Shown piece after piece: positions 1 to 10,058 of a stretch of 64,000 nt of DNA. The notes beneath the pieces are model-generated. The model did not search any database. It was not told the DNA's origin and saw nothing but the letters and a program-made list of their open reading frames with translations. Position 1 is the first letter of the stretch, and each line of letters opens with the position of its first letter. Source of the stretch: a virus. Location: the IMG/VR virus record IMGVR_UViG_3300027917_000019, positions 101,820-165,819 of that record, one strand, 5' to 3'. The position numbers and the translations under genes were made by a program.

Positions 1-7
1 CAAGGCT

Positions 8-1279
8 TTGCAGTGGTTCTTTGAGACTTTGCGGGATGCAAAGGTCAAACTCACGTCTGCATCTCTACAACAGGAGATGGTGAAGGCTGTCCAGGCAAAG
101 ACGATTCGAGAAGATGAAATTGACAAGTATCTTGAGTACTTCAACTTCCTCAAGGTAAAGCCTCTTCCTGTAGAAGAAGAGCACATCAACAACGAGTTGG
201 GAACCTTCATCAGAACACAGGCTACGAAGTTAGCCCTGCAGGATTCTTGGAACCTCGCTAAGAATGAGCAGTGGGAGGAGATTGTCACTAAGCTACAGGA
301 TGCAGTAAATCAAGGGCTCGATGTTCTAACTCTCGGAAACTTCTACTTTCAAGACTACCAACAGAGACTTAGCGACCGTTTGAACGCAGTCAAGGTTGAG
401 AGGCTTCCTACAGGCATTCCAGACTTGGATGACCTCATGTATGGGGGGCTTAGACTCAAGCAGCTTGGTCTTGTGGCAGGAGGAACAGGTAGAGGTAAGT
501 CTATCTTTTTAGCGTGGCTTGCACAGGTTTCTATCCTTCTTGGGAAGAAAGTTGTGTACTACACGATGGAGCTTAGTACTGAGGACGTAGCTGAGCGTTT
601 TGACAGTTTGTTTACTAAGGTCAAGATCAACGACTTGAAGACATACAACAACGCAGTATTTAGCTCACTTTCTACAATGTCTTCAAAGTTCTCAGACCAC
701 CTTGTAATCAAAGAGTATCCGCCTGACACTGCAACTGTAGGAACACTCAAGGCACACCTTAGACAGCTCGCAGGTGTTGGGTTTATTCCCGATTTGGTCA
801 TTGTAGACTACTTGGACCTTGTTAAGCCACACAGAACCTACAACTCTTCTCACGAAGAACTAGATGCTATCACCAAGGCGCTGCGAGGGTTAGCAGTTGA
901 GTACGCCACTAGAGTTTGGACGGCCACTCAGCTCAATCGTGCCGGGATGGCAATGGAAACCCCAGACGAAACAGCTATTGCGGGGGCCGTGTCGAAGCTT
1001 TTCACCGTAGATTTTGCACTTCTGATGGCGCAAACGCAAGAAGAGCGTGAAGATGAGTTGATCAGACTACTCATAGCTAAGAGTCGTATAGGTCCGGCAG
1101 GTAGAACCATCAAATTAGACACAGACTACAGTAGAATGGCTTTCTATAGGCCGCCTCCTATTCCGGCAGCTACAACAGTTGTTCCTCCTCCAACACCCGT
1201 TAAGAAGGATAATGACACAGACGTGTTAGGACAGGTTGATGGAGTTACTGAAGAAGATGGTAAACTAGTACTTGAGTAA
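8..1279 (+). CDS. dnaB: DnaB-like (SF4) replicative helicase, 5' end probably outside window
   Basis: PTGIPDLDD, Walker A GGTGRGKS, MELS, VIVDYLDL, TQLNR, IAKSRIG motifs. Confidence 0.93.
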   Translation: MQWFFETLRDAKVKLTSASLQQEMVKAVQAKTIREDEIDKYLEYFNFLKVKPLPVEEEHINNELGTFIRTQATKLALQDSWNLAKNEQWEEIVTKLQDAVNQGLDVLTLGNFYFQDYQQRLSDRLNAVKVERLPTGIPDLDDLMYGGLRLKQLGLVAGGTGRGKSIFLAWLAQVSILLGKKVVYYTMELSTEDVAERFDSLFTKVKINDLKTYNNAVFSSLSTMSSKFSDHLVIKEYPPDTATVGTLKAHLRQLAGVGFIPDLVIVDYLDLVKPHRTYNSSHEELDAITKALRGLAVEYATRVWTATQLNRAGMAMETPDETAIAGAVSKLFTVDFALLMAQTQEEREDELIRLLIAKSRIGPAGRTIKLDTDYSRMAFYRPPPIPAATTVVPPPTPVKKDNDTDVLGQVDGVTEEDGKLVLE

Positions 1280-1282
1280 ACA

Positions 1283-1705
1283 ATGACCAAACAGGCAGGG
1301 CCTCCCTTTTTCGCTAAGATGAAGTCTCTTACGGCCGGTACGTGCAGCTTCTGCGGTAAGCCTAAAACAGCCGTAATCTGCGCTCACTTTACAGGGAAGT
1401 CCATCTGCTGGGAATGTATCTATGTTGCAAAAGTGACCTTGGGAGAGATTCCTACTACTGCGATTAGTTGTTATTCGTGTGGGTCACATGCTGGGTTTAC
1501 TCTTCAATATCCGCTGGTTCAAGTAGACTGGATCTTTAGTGGTGTAGATGCACAAAAAGAGATCATCTACACAATCAAGAACACAACTAACATGTTTCAA
1601 AGCCACTACAGACCTACTAAGGCTGTATGCTCTAAGTGTCGCGCCCCTATTCCTTTGGACATCTTGAAGTACAACAAATATGTCAAACAAGCACATAATG
1701 CGTAA
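1283..1705 (+). CDS. Zinc-finger protein (ClpX C4-type-like N-terminus)
   Basis: CSFCGK..ICWEC plus two more CxxC pairs. Confidence 0.65.
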   Translation: MTKQAGPPFFAKMKSLTAGTCSFCGKPKTAVICAHFTGKSICWECIYVAKVTLGEIPTTAISCYSCGSHAGFTLQYPLVQVDWIFSGVDAQKEIIYTIKNTTNMFQSHYRPTKAVCSKCRAPIPLDILKYNKYVKQAHNA

Positions 1706-2783
1706 CGTTCAAGAAGACTTTGATTGGGAAAGTTATCTTGAAGACAACTATTCTGTGCGAAGAGTTTCTGGCAAGAATGGCTTAGAGATTCGAATATGCT
1801 GTCCAGCCTGTGGAGAAACAAAGTATAAGTGCTATGTCAATCCTTCAAGAAACGCCTTCTATTGCTTCAAATGTGACTTTAGAACCGGTAGCCGATACAA
1901 CCTTTTGGATTTCGTTGCCATCACAGAGAACATCACAAAAGGACAGGCCCTTTTACGTCTCGTGCGTGAGTATAAACCGGTTGCCCCTGAAGAACCTTCG
2001 TTTACTTTCGGAGACCCCACACATAACAGTGCCGTTTTTTTGGATGCAAATACGCCCCACTTTCCAGAAATGAAGCACATCTCTGGGCTACCAGAGGAAG
2101 CTGTCAAGTTAGAGGTTGAAGAGGGTAACAAATATTGGGAATACGTTAAGAGCCGTGGATTCACAGAAGAACATCTCAGAGCAACAAACCTTCACTATAT
2201 TCCCGACCGTAGAGTTCCCTTCTACGACTCTGAAGGAAAGTTTCGCGGTAACCTCGGTAACCGCATCGTCATTCCAATCTACGGACAAGACGGCGCGTTG
2301 GTTTCCTGGTTGGCTCGAACAATCTCTTCCGGAGAGTCACATAAGTACCTCAACGCCCCTGGATCTGACCTTTCAAAGACAGTATGGCCCTTTTCTCTAC
2401 CTTACCCCGGAGCGCCAGTAGTTTTGGTTGAGGGCGTCATAGACGCTTTGGGAGTGCGTCAAGTTCCTGATACGGCTGCATACGCCACGTTTGGGAAACG
2501 CATTAGCAAGGAACAGATACAACTTCTTAAGTGTTGGGGCGTCCAGGAGGTTGTCTTGTGGTATGACAAAAAGGATGCCCACAAAGAAATGATCTCTGAG
2601 GTAGAGAGGCTCAAGATGCACTTCAGGGAAGTGTATGTTCTTGACCTCTCGAATTGGCCAAAGGATAAGGATCCTGGAAGCTTCTTGAGTGATACGCAAG
2701 GAACTGCTATGATAAAGGACACGCTTGAAAAGCGTATCAGTGTGTATTCCTTGGAGTATGAGCAATGGAAGATGGCCTTCTAA
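1680..2783 (+). CDS. dnaG: DNA primase (Zn finger + Toprim)
   Basis: CPAC..CFKC Zn finger, RIVIPI, KYLN, VLVEGVIDAL, WYD, KDPG. Confidence 0.9.
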   Translation: MSNKHIMRNVQEDFDWESYLEDNYSVRRVSGKNGLEIRICCPACGETKYKCYVNPSRNAFYCFKCDFRTGSRYNLLDFVAITENITKGQALLRLVREYKPVAPEEPSFTFGDPTHNSAVFLDANTPHFPEMKHISGLPEEAVKLEVEEGNKYWEYVKSRGFTEEHLRATNLHYIPDRRVPFYDSEGKFRGNLGNRIVIPIYGQDGALVSWLARTISSGESHKYLNAPGSDLSKTVWPFSLPYPGAPVVLVEGVIDALGVRQVPDTAAYATFGKRISKEQIQLLKCWGVQEVVLWYDKKDAHKEMISEVERLKMHFREVYVLDLSNWPKDKDPGSFLSDTQGTAMIKDTLEKRISVYSLEYEQWKMAF

Positions 2784-3196
2784 GGCAGATAGTCGTAGTG
2801 ACTAGTCCAACTCTTTTGCCATCAGGAGCCGACCACGCAACTACAGTTGCTGCTTTGTGTAGAGATAACCAACTAGTATTGCTTCTACACTTTGGAGATG
2901 AGCGTTATAACTTTCCAGAAAATCACTGCCTACCCTACAACGCGCGAGTAGTTCATTACGACTATGAAACGCTTGACGAGTCCCTAGCAGAGCTAGAGAG
3001 TTACTTGTCTGGATTTGGTGTAGGAATGATTTCCAGACACAAAATGAACGGTACGCACTTGCCATTCGTGTTGGGGGGATCTATCTTGCAGGTGCCTAGG
3101 GGAGTTCAGCTCTCCTTCCTTGATAGTCGGTCAGAATTGCCTGAATTGGAAAAAACAACCGTCAGTATTCCTGACGCGGAGTGGGACTTTGACTGA
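2765..3196 (+). CDS. Hypothetical protein
   Basis: ORF packed in operon. Confidence 0.55.
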   Translation: MEDGLLRQIVVVTSPTLLPSGADHATTVAALCRDNQLVLLLHFGDERYNFPENHCLPYNARVVHYDYETLDESLAELESYLSGFGVGMISRHKMNGTHLPFVLGGSILQVPRGVQLSFLDSRSELPELEKTTVSIPDAEWDFD

Positions 3197-3641
3197 ATCT
3201 CTTAAAATTCCTCTAGTTACTGCACCAATCAAAGTTGGGACCCGCGTAGGGTTGTTTGCTTCTTACCTAGAAGAAGAAGGACAGCGAGTGTTTCGCTTCT
3301 ATGGCTGGGGTACGTATGAGGGAGATTTCCTGTTCGGTGATGAGGAGCCGGGGGTTCCGTATCAGACGGCGCAAGAGAAGGCTGATTTGTTTGACGCTCG
3401 CGGTGTAATCACGGCTCCCCGCCTGCGTCTAGACGACGGCACCCTGACTTGGGGGCTTCTTGTTTGGTGGGACGAAGAATCTCGTATAAACACCTATATT
3501 GAACAAGCCGACTCGGTGATTCAGGTGGATTTGAAATCTGCCATGGCCGGTTTCAAAGCTAATGTAACTCAATGCAAAGAATTCGTGCATCTTCTTAAAT
3601 GGGTCAACACATATAACACTGAAAAATCACCAGGAAACTAA
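3120..3641 (+). CDS. Hypothetical protein (start probably TTG near 3189)
   Basis: ORF; stop overlaps next ATG. Confidence 0.6.
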   Translation: MIVGQNCLNWKKQPSVFLTRSGTLTESLKIPLVTAPIKVGTRVGLFASYLEEEGQRVFRFYGWGTYEGDFLFGDEEPGVPYQTAQEKADLFDARGVITAPRLRLDDGTLTWGLLVWWDEESRINTYIEQADSVIQVDLKSAMAGFKANVTQCKEFVHLLKWVNTYNTEKSPGN

Positions 3642-4726
3642 TGCCCACTGACGCCAAACACCAAGACCTTATTAGCTCTCAGGTTTCGAAGATTGCACAC
3701 GCGGCGGATCGTGTGACCAAGAGTTTTTCACTGTCCCAGACTTTCAACGTTCAGTTGGGCCCTGTGATGAAGAAGGGTTCTCCAGTAACTGATGACAACG
3801 GACAGGTTAAGTACAAGGATAAGCAAATTATTGGATTCAAAGACCCAGGTCCTTTGACTCCTACAATTAACCCGCACTACAAGTTTCCTAAGCAAGATCT
3901 CATCATGTTCTTGATGGCTATGTCCAACAAGGACTCGATTTACCTGCAAGGCCATTCCGGTACTGGTAAGACTGCAATGGTAAATCAGATCGCCGCTAGG
4001 TTGAACTACAACGTGGTTCAGGTGAACTTTGACGGGCACCTACTTCGTGGAGATCTCGTTGGCGATATCAAGATCGTCAATGGTGCTACGAAGTTTAGGT
4101 ATGGACTAGTACCGCTAGGGTTCACGCTCCCGGGGACCATCCTACTTTTCGATGAGGTAGATGCTGTGGCGCCTGAGACTGCGTTTGTTCTTCAACGGGC
4201 GATCTCAGATGATCGTAAGATGCTTCTACACGAGACAAACGAGATTTTTGAACTACACCCGCAGAATTGCATCGTAGCTACCGCAAACACTTCTGGGATG
4301 GGAGATGACTCCAGTCTGTATGTAGCTGGTACAAACGTGCAGAACTTCTCGTTCCAAAACCGTTGGGACACCGTCATGCAGATCGATTACTTGTCCCCTG
4401 AAGATGAGGAAGATGTTCTCAAGAAGTTGTTCCCGAAGGCAGACGGGAGTATCATCAAAAGTGTTGTGGCTGTGATGGCAAGTGCCCGAGAAAGTTTCAG
4501 GGGTGGAAAGCTCTCTGCCCCACTAACCACTCGTGACAGCATTCGCTGGCTTCAGAAGCTTAGTATGTGGCCTCTACCTATGATGGCTGCGGAATATACC
4601 TTCCTCAACCGCATGACTACTGAAGACGCTATGGCTGTTGCTGGCGTCATTCAGCGTATTTTCAGGCTTCCTAAAAAGGACTCTACCAAGTTCATTTCTA
4701 GTTCCACATCAACTAAGAGGTTGTAA
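3641..4726 (+). CDS. cobS: CobS/MoxR-family AAA+ ATPase
   Basis: GHSGTGKT, LLFDEVD, VATANT, NRW. Confidence 0.88.
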   Translation: MPTDAKHQDLISSQVSKIAHAADRVTKSFSLSQTFNVQLGPVMKKGSPVTDDNGQVKYKDKQIIGFKDPGPLTPTINPHYKFPKQDLIMFLMAMSNKDSIYLQGHSGTGKTAMVNQIAARLNYNVVQVNFDGHLLRGDLVGDIKIVNGATKFRYGLVPLGFTLPGTILLFDEVDAVAPETAFVLQRAISDDRKMLLHETNEIFELHPQNCIVATANTSGMGDDSSLYVAGTNVQNFSFQNRWDTVMQIDYLSPEDEEDVLKKLFPKADGSIIKSVVAVMASARESFRGGKLSAPLTTRDSIRWLQKLSMWPLPMMAAEYTFLNRMTTEDAMAVAGVIQRIFRLPKKDSTKFISSSTSTKRL

Positions 4727-5001
4727 TGGACAAGGACACTCTACTTAGTGTGTTTTTTATTATCGGCATTCTGGCGGGAACAATCGGACTGTTGATAGGA
4801 ACAATACGGTGTGCAACTGCGGATAAAGATTCCCACAAGCAAGCTCAGTGCAGTACGTTATGTTCCGCAGCGGGTGGACAATTGGAAAGCACTGATGAGT
4901 ATGCGTGGCGCCATCAGTACTGTTTCTGTCAACTTCCTGACCGTAAGGTGATAATCAACCGAGGAAACGGTGTGGTTATTCGAATCACGAGGGAACACTA
5001 A
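4726..5001 (+). CDS. Small membrane-anchored Cys-rich protein
   Basis: N-terminal hydrophobic helix; CxxxC..CxC. Confidence 0.6.
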   Translation: MDKDTLLSVFFIIGILAGTIGLLIGTIRCATADKDSHKQAQCSTLCSAAGGQLESTDEYAWRHQYCFCQLPDRKVIINRGNGVVIRITREH

Positions 5002-5079
5002 CGTGGTTGAAATCCTATCGTTTGCTGTGATCCTTCCCTGTGTGCTCATTATCCTCGTTTTGATTTTCTGGGGGGACTA

Positions 5080-6873
5080 GTGGCTCGTCGTGTCACCGAA
5101 AGCGTCCTTGAACGTACTGCGAAGCTATTGACGGCTAAGCATAATATCAAGGTACAGTTTAAGCCTGGTGTTGCAGAAACTAAGGGCAACGTGATCACGT
5201 TGCCCACACTGCCTGATAATGCTGACCAGGAATTGATTGACGCGATGCAGGGATACTTGGACCAGCAGGCAGGAAACATTTTGTTCTCAGACAGGAGCGT
5301 TAGTAATTCTCTGAAGAATAAAGCCACACGTAGCAAGAAAGCTGCACAACTGAAAGAGATATTTCAGGTTGTTGAAAACGCTCGTGTTGAATCTTGCATG
5401 GAGAATATCTACCCTGGTTGTGAGGTGAACTTCACCAACGCTCACTGGTGGTTTTACAGCCATCTTCGTGAGAATTGGGACAAGTCTGTCATGGGTAAGG
5501 AAGTAGTCTCTAAGTTTTCGAAGATTCTTGCTGCCAGTTTTCTTGAGCTTCGCCACAGGAATACAGACTTTTACGAAAACTTCATCAGTAAAGAGGTTCG
5601 CGAGAAGGCTGATAAGGTTGTTGAAACAGTAGTTAAGAATGCTCCTAAGGATACACAAGACTCTCTAAAGCTTGCTGAGGAGATTCTTAAGCTTCTTGAG
5701 GAAGAGGCCGAGGAGGACGAGAAGAACCGTCCAGATGACGGGGGTGCCGCAGACGCAGAGGGCACCGAGCAATCTCCGATGGCTATGCCTTCTCAGGGGA
5801 CTAAACAACAATCTGAGAATAAGGGCCAAGAAAGGGCGAAGAGTGCTGGGGATCTGTCTAAGGCTTTGGCTCAGGCGGCCCAGCAAGAGATTTCTGAGCG
5901 AGGAGACCCAAACAAGACTGGTTCCTCATATTGGAGTAGGGATCGCTCCTATGAACACGGGTTGGACGATAAGATTGGGTATTCAATTTTCGATACTTCT
6001 CAAGATTCTATCGAAACTCTCCCGGAGCGTACTACTCCTACCCATGGGGATTACCTCAACTCTTTGAGGAACGAAAGTCGCCAATTTACCTCTATCATGC
6101 GCTTCAAGCTCATAAACACCCTCAGGGCGTCCTCTAAGCGCCGCTGGGTCGGGGGCAAGCCGGAGGGACGTCTAGATGCTAGGCAGGCTCATAAGGCTAT
6201 CCTGGGCGTCTCACAGGACGTTTACAAGACGCGCCAGAAAAAGGTTCATCTCGACACTGCTGTAGCTCTCGCCATCGATCATTCGGGAAGTATGAGTGGT
6301 CGTGCGCTAGAGCTAGCCGCTGAGAGTGCAATTGTTCTAGGGGATGTATTTGATCCTCTGAAGATTCCGTTCATGGTGTATGGGTATAGTACTCGTGGGA
6401 CGCCCAGGACATACCCTGAGTATGATGAACAGCAATTATATTCTCGCTGGTCAAACTTGTGGATTCGTTACTACAAAACTTTCAACGAATCTTGGAATAA
6501 AGGAGCGCTGAAGCTCACGCACGCACGAGACAATTGTCAAGCTAATACGCTCGATGGAGAATCTGTGCTACATGGAATTCAGCACTTGCTTGCGCGCCCA
6601 GAAAAGCGTAAGATACTATTGGTGATGAATGATGGGCATCCTTACCCGGGACATGGACATACGGGACGTTGCCAAGGGTATTTGAAGTCTATCGTCGCCG
6701 CAGGCACACAGGCTGGTGTGGAAATTATTGCCTTTGGCATCCAATCTGCTGACGTAAAAGAGTACTATCCAAATCATGTGGTGATTAACGATTTGGAAGA
6801 CTTGGTGAAAGAGCCTTTGAGAAAGATTGATGGAATTCTTCGTCAAGGAATGCTAAAGGCAATGAGGGGTTGA
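5080..6873 (+). CDS. cobT: CobT-like protein with C-terminal VWA domain
   Basis: N-terminal ITLP..ENARVE region, acidic linker, GRLD, MIDAS DHSGSM, RKILLVMNDGHP. Confidence 0.85.
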   Translation: MARRVTESVLERTAKLLTAKHNIKVQFKPGVAETKGNVITLPTLPDNADQELIDAMQGYLDQQAGNILFSDRSVSNSLKNKATRSKKAAQLKEIFQVVENARVESCMENIYPGCEVNFTNAHWWFYSHLRENWDKSVMGKEVVSKFSKILAASFLELRHRNTDFYENFISKEVREKADKVVETVVKNAPKDTQDSLKLAEEILKLLEEEAEEDEKNRPDDGGAADAEGTEQSPMAMPSQGTKQQSENKGQERAKSAGDLSKALAQAAQQEISERGDPNKTGSSYWSRDRSYEHGLDDKIGYSIFDTSQDSIETLPERTTPTHGDYLNSLRNESRQFTSIMRFKLINTLRASSKRRWVGGKPEGRLDARQAHKAILGVSQDVYKTRQKKVHLDTAVALAIDHSGSMSGRALELAAESAIVLGDVFDPLKIPFMVYGYSTRGTPRTYPEYDEQQLYSRWSNLWIRYYKTFNESWNKGALKLTHARDNCQANTLDGESVLHGIQHLLARPEKRKILLVMNDGHPYPGHGHTGRCQGYLKSIVAAGTQAGVEIIAFGIQSADVKEYYPNHVVINDLEDLVKEPLRKIDGILRQGMLKAMRG

Positions 6874-6874
6874 A

Positions 6875-7273
6875 ATGGCAGCGTGTAGATATTGTGGTTA
6901 TAAGGTTCGCCAGTGTGTTTGTGCAAACACCACGTCAGATGGACTTAGTTTTACAACATATGCTGAAGAGGCTGGGGCTACAGCACTTTATCCAAATCGC
7001 GGAGATAACATCGTCTATCCCACACTTGGAATTGCTGGAGAAGCTGGTGAAGTAGCAGAGAAAGTAAAGAAACTCATCCGAGATAAGGGTGGAGTTGTCG
7101 ATGATGAATTCAGGGAAGCTATCAAGAAGGAATTGGGTGACGTGCTGTGGTACCTAACAGCAGCTTCCTATGAACTAGGGTTTACGCTTGAAGATGTGGC
7201 TAAAGCTAACCTAGACAAGTTGTATTCTCGCCGCGCTCGCGGAAAGATTCATGGCGAGGGTGATGATCGCTGA
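6875..7273 (+). CDS. mazG: MazG-like nucleotide pyrophosphohydrolase
   Basis: LGIAGEAGEVAEKVKK..KELGDVLWY..NLDKL..R. Confidence 0.9.
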   Translation: MAACRYCGYKVRQCVCANTTSDGLSFTTYAEEAGATALYPNRGDNIVYPTLGIAGEAGEVAEKVKKLIRDKGGVVDDEFREAIKKELGDVLWYLTAASYELGFTLEDVAKANLDKLYSRRARGKIHGEGDDR

Positions 7274-7286
7274 TTGAGGGGTAAAT

Positions 7287-8600
7287 ATGGGGCGTTTGCT
7301 TTGTTTGGTTGTTGTATTGTTGGCTAGTTGCGCAAGACCAGAGCGCCATCCACCAGACCTTAGAGCAGACGCTGGTTATGCTGCCCTTGTTTGTGACGAG
7401 ACTACAGACCTCCTAACAGATATCAATCATTGTGGGGCCTGTGAAGCTGCTTGTCCTACAGCAGATGCTGATCAGTGCGTTGATGGGGTGTGTATGTGTG
7501 GTTCTCACGAGACATGCATACCTGGGTATGACTGTCGCAATGGCAACTGCGTACCGCGCGATACTTCAGGAAGATTTTGTGAGTTTGACAGCACTTGTGG
7601 TGCAGGATTTGCGTGCATTGAAGGACATTGCTCTCGTTTGGAGTGTGTACCTGAAATCTGCGATGGGTATGACAACGATTGTGACGGCATCGTAGACAAC
7701 TCAGGAGCTACACCCCTGTCTGGTTGGTGTTCTGGGACAGAGGTGGCAGTCCCCGGTTCTGTTATGGCGCCGTGCACTGTTGGGATCCGTCTTTGTGTTG
7801 AGGGGGCTTGGGGAGAGTGTCTAGGAGATGTTCCTCCCGTTCCTGAAGTAGGTTTGTTGGCTTGTGATGGCGCCGATAACGACTGTGACGGGTGTGTTGA
7901 CGGAGTGATTGAGTCAGGGGTTTGTGTATCTCAAGAACCTGTCGGTATTGACGTCTTGTTTCTCATCGACACTTCTGGGTCTATGACTAACAAGATTCAT
8001 ATCGTAAAACAGGCAACCAATCTATTTAGCACCCGCCTTTCAACTAGCTCTAACATCCACTATGGGATTGAGACGGTTCCAGGACCAGTAGATGGAACTC
8101 CAGCGCTGTATCAAGACCTAACTGATTTCGCTACATTTAAGGCTGCGCTGCAAACACTTCCACACGGTGGTAGTGGGTCAGAGCCGCAGTGGGATGCTGT
8201 AGTTGAAGCTCTTGACGGAACACTGTCTGTTTCGTGGACTTCTGGGGCTGCAAAGATCATCATCCTGTTCACAGACGAGGGAGGACAGACAACACGTGCC
8301 CGCCGCACATCTCCAGTGCTTCCGCCTGTCTATGAGGCAGAGATGTGTGCGGCTGTAGTAGCCGCTGGAGTAGCGTTTATTCCTGTAGTAACTGCTCCAT
8401 ATGCAGGAGATTTCGACGACTGTGCCTACCGCAGTGTAACGCTACCTTCTTTTGGTTTGTATGCAGGAACGGGGACTGCGTGCACGGAAGACGCAGACTG
8501 TGATGGCAGCGATACGTGTGAGGCCGCTGTTTGTGTCTCTGCAGCCGTAATAGAAATGGTCAACAATCTGGAAGTTGTTATTGCAAATCCTTGTGGGTAG
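7287..8600 (+). CDS. Cys-rich lipoprotein with VWA domain (myxobacterial type)
   Basis: Lipobox LLASC, DINHCGAC, EICDGYDNDCDGIVD and CDGADNDCDGCVD repeats, MIDAS DTSGSM, FTDE. Confidence 0.8.
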   Translation: MGRLLCLVVVLLASCARPERHPPDLRADAGYAALVCDETTDLLTDINHCGACEAACPTADADQCVDGVCMCGSHETCIPGYDCRNGNCVPRDTSGRFCEFDSTCGAGFACIEGHCSRLECVPEICDGYDNDCDGIVDNSGATPLSGWCSGTEVAVPGSVMAPCTVGIRLCVEGAWGECLGDVPPVPEVGLLACDGADNDCDGCVDGVIESGVCVSQEPVGIDVLFLIDTSGSMTNKIHIVKQATNLFSTRLSTSSNIHYGIETVPGPVDGTPALYQDLTDFATFKAALQTLPHGGSGSEPQWDAVVEALDGTLSVSWTSGAAKIIILFTDEGGQTTRARRTSPVLPPVYEAEMCAAVVAAGVAFIPVVTAPYAGDFDDCAYRSVTLPSFGLYAGTGTACTEDADCDGSDTCEAAVCVSAAVIEMVNNLEVVIANPCG

Positions 8601-8602
8601 TT

Positions 8603-9043
8603 ATGGCTGATAGTGAACTTAAGTATTTGCGTCCGGGGCATGTAAACCTGGACAGACCTTGTGACAAAATCGCCCTGCACGCCGCTAAGTGCCTACCCGG
8701 GACTGGGGAAATGCCTTCGCACTGGCAGTGGGAGTCACAGGAGTCGTTTCTAGAACGCTATTCTGACTTGGGTCCCTTGGTGTGGGCCAAGACTGCGTCC
8801 TATCACATGCTCTTGATAAACGGTAGACACGCATTCAGAATCTGGACAGACTCCCCCAAGACAGCTTTAACTGATGTTTGTAACGAACTTGCAGCTGATT
8901 TAGTGGGTGTTTTCGACATTCTTGACGTTCCAACATCTACTCAACGAAAAACCAAACCAATGACAAAACGCATACGTTTGACGTCAACTAGAGACGTAGA
9001 GATTCTGCTACTACAGACAATTCTCACATTTGGACTCGTATAA
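8603..9043 (+). CDS. Hypothetical protein
   Basis: ATG right after previous stop; stop overlaps next ATG. Confidence 0.55.
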   Translation: MADSELKYLRPGHVNLDRPCDKIALHAAKCLPGTGEMPSHWQWESQESFLERYSDLGPLVWAKTASYHMLLINGRHAFRIWTDSPKTALTDVCNELAADLVGVFDILDVPTSTQRKTKPMTKRIRLTSTRDVEILLLQTILTFGLV

Positions 9044-9354
9044 TGCCGTATATTGTAAACACCTTCCAGTGCTGCTCGTGTGGTCACGAGTTTGAAGAGA
9101 TGTGGATGAAGAAACATGGGGACGATAGCGAGAAGCCGTGGGAAGGTATTGTGGCGTGTCCTGATTGTGAGGGGGAAGATTTGAAGAGACTCATCTCTGC
9201 TACAGGTATAGCTACGTTCAGTATAATGGACCGTGCAGCGCAGATGGAGTCTTTGAAGAAGCGCTCATCAGATCATACTAAGAAGCTAATGAAAACTGAG
9301 AGAGATAGAATTCAAAAGCAGCTAGATCAGAAGCCTAAGGGTGTAGGCGGATGA
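9043..9354 (+). CDS. FmdB-like zinc-ribbon protein
   Basis: MP..FQCCSCGHEFE..CPDC..LKRLIS. Confidence 0.75.
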   Translation: MPYIVNTFQCCSCGHEFEEMWMKKHGDDSEKPWEGIVACPDCEGEDLKRLISATGIATFSIMDRAAQMESLKKRSSDHTKKLMKTERDRIQKQLDQKPKGVGG

Positions 9355-10058
9355 GCAAAAAAGAAAAGAAGGCATTGGACCTCTTGCAGAAACCTGTTCA
9401 CGTGGCTATATTGCGTCCTGCACACGTACAGAAGCTGGCACAAGAGGGGAAGTTGCCACAGAGACTTCTGTCCATCCCCGTGCGCAACATACCGGATCTT
9501 CCAGACGGAAAGCCGGCGCCTACAGAGAAGCCGGTTGCAAGCTATGCTGCAGCGGCGCGGAGAGGTGCTAAGGCGCGTAGAGAAGTGATGCTTCGCACCA
9601 AGCTTCACGTAATCCATAACAACGTGCCCCCGTTGCCAAAAGACCAACAGCCTCCTTGCCATGATTGTAAAAACTCAGCGTGCTGTTATGCCTTCATGGT
9701 CAACATAACGGCAGAAGAATACGAAAGTGGGTTGTACGGGGATTACGCAGTAAAGCTCACACACAAGGACGCTGAAAATCTTGGTGACGGAAGGTTTGCT
9801 CGTATTGCGACAATGAGGACACCGGCTGTACACGACATAGTTGAAGGGCAGCCACAATACTATCTTGAAGGCCCTGTAGGGCGTGCATGCCCGATGCTTC
9901 AGGAAGACGGGAAGTGTGGCATTTATGAGAAGCGACCAATTACTTGTAGGGTTTACACCTGTGTTGGGGATAAGCGCATAACTGAAGAGATGAGAAACGG
10001 CGATATAGACATTGAAGAAGCGTTGATGAACTGGATGGTGGACTATCGTGCTGAGTGA
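9351..10058 (+). CDS. CxxCxxCC (YkgJ/UPF0153) Fe-S/Zn cluster protein
   Basis: CHDCKNSACC..CPML..CGIYEKRPITCRVYTC. Confidence 0.85.
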   Translation: MSKKEKKALDLLQKPVHVAILRPAHVQKLAQEGKLPQRLLSIPVRNIPDLPDGKPAPTEKPVASYAAAARRGAKARREVMLRTKLHVIHNNVPPLPKDQQPPCHDCKNSACCYAFMVNITAEEYESGLYGDYAVKLTHKDAENLGDGRFARIATMRTPAVHDIVEGQPQYYLEGPVGRACPMLQEDGKCGIYEKRPITCRVYTCVGDKRITEEMRNGDIDIEEALMNWMVDYRAE

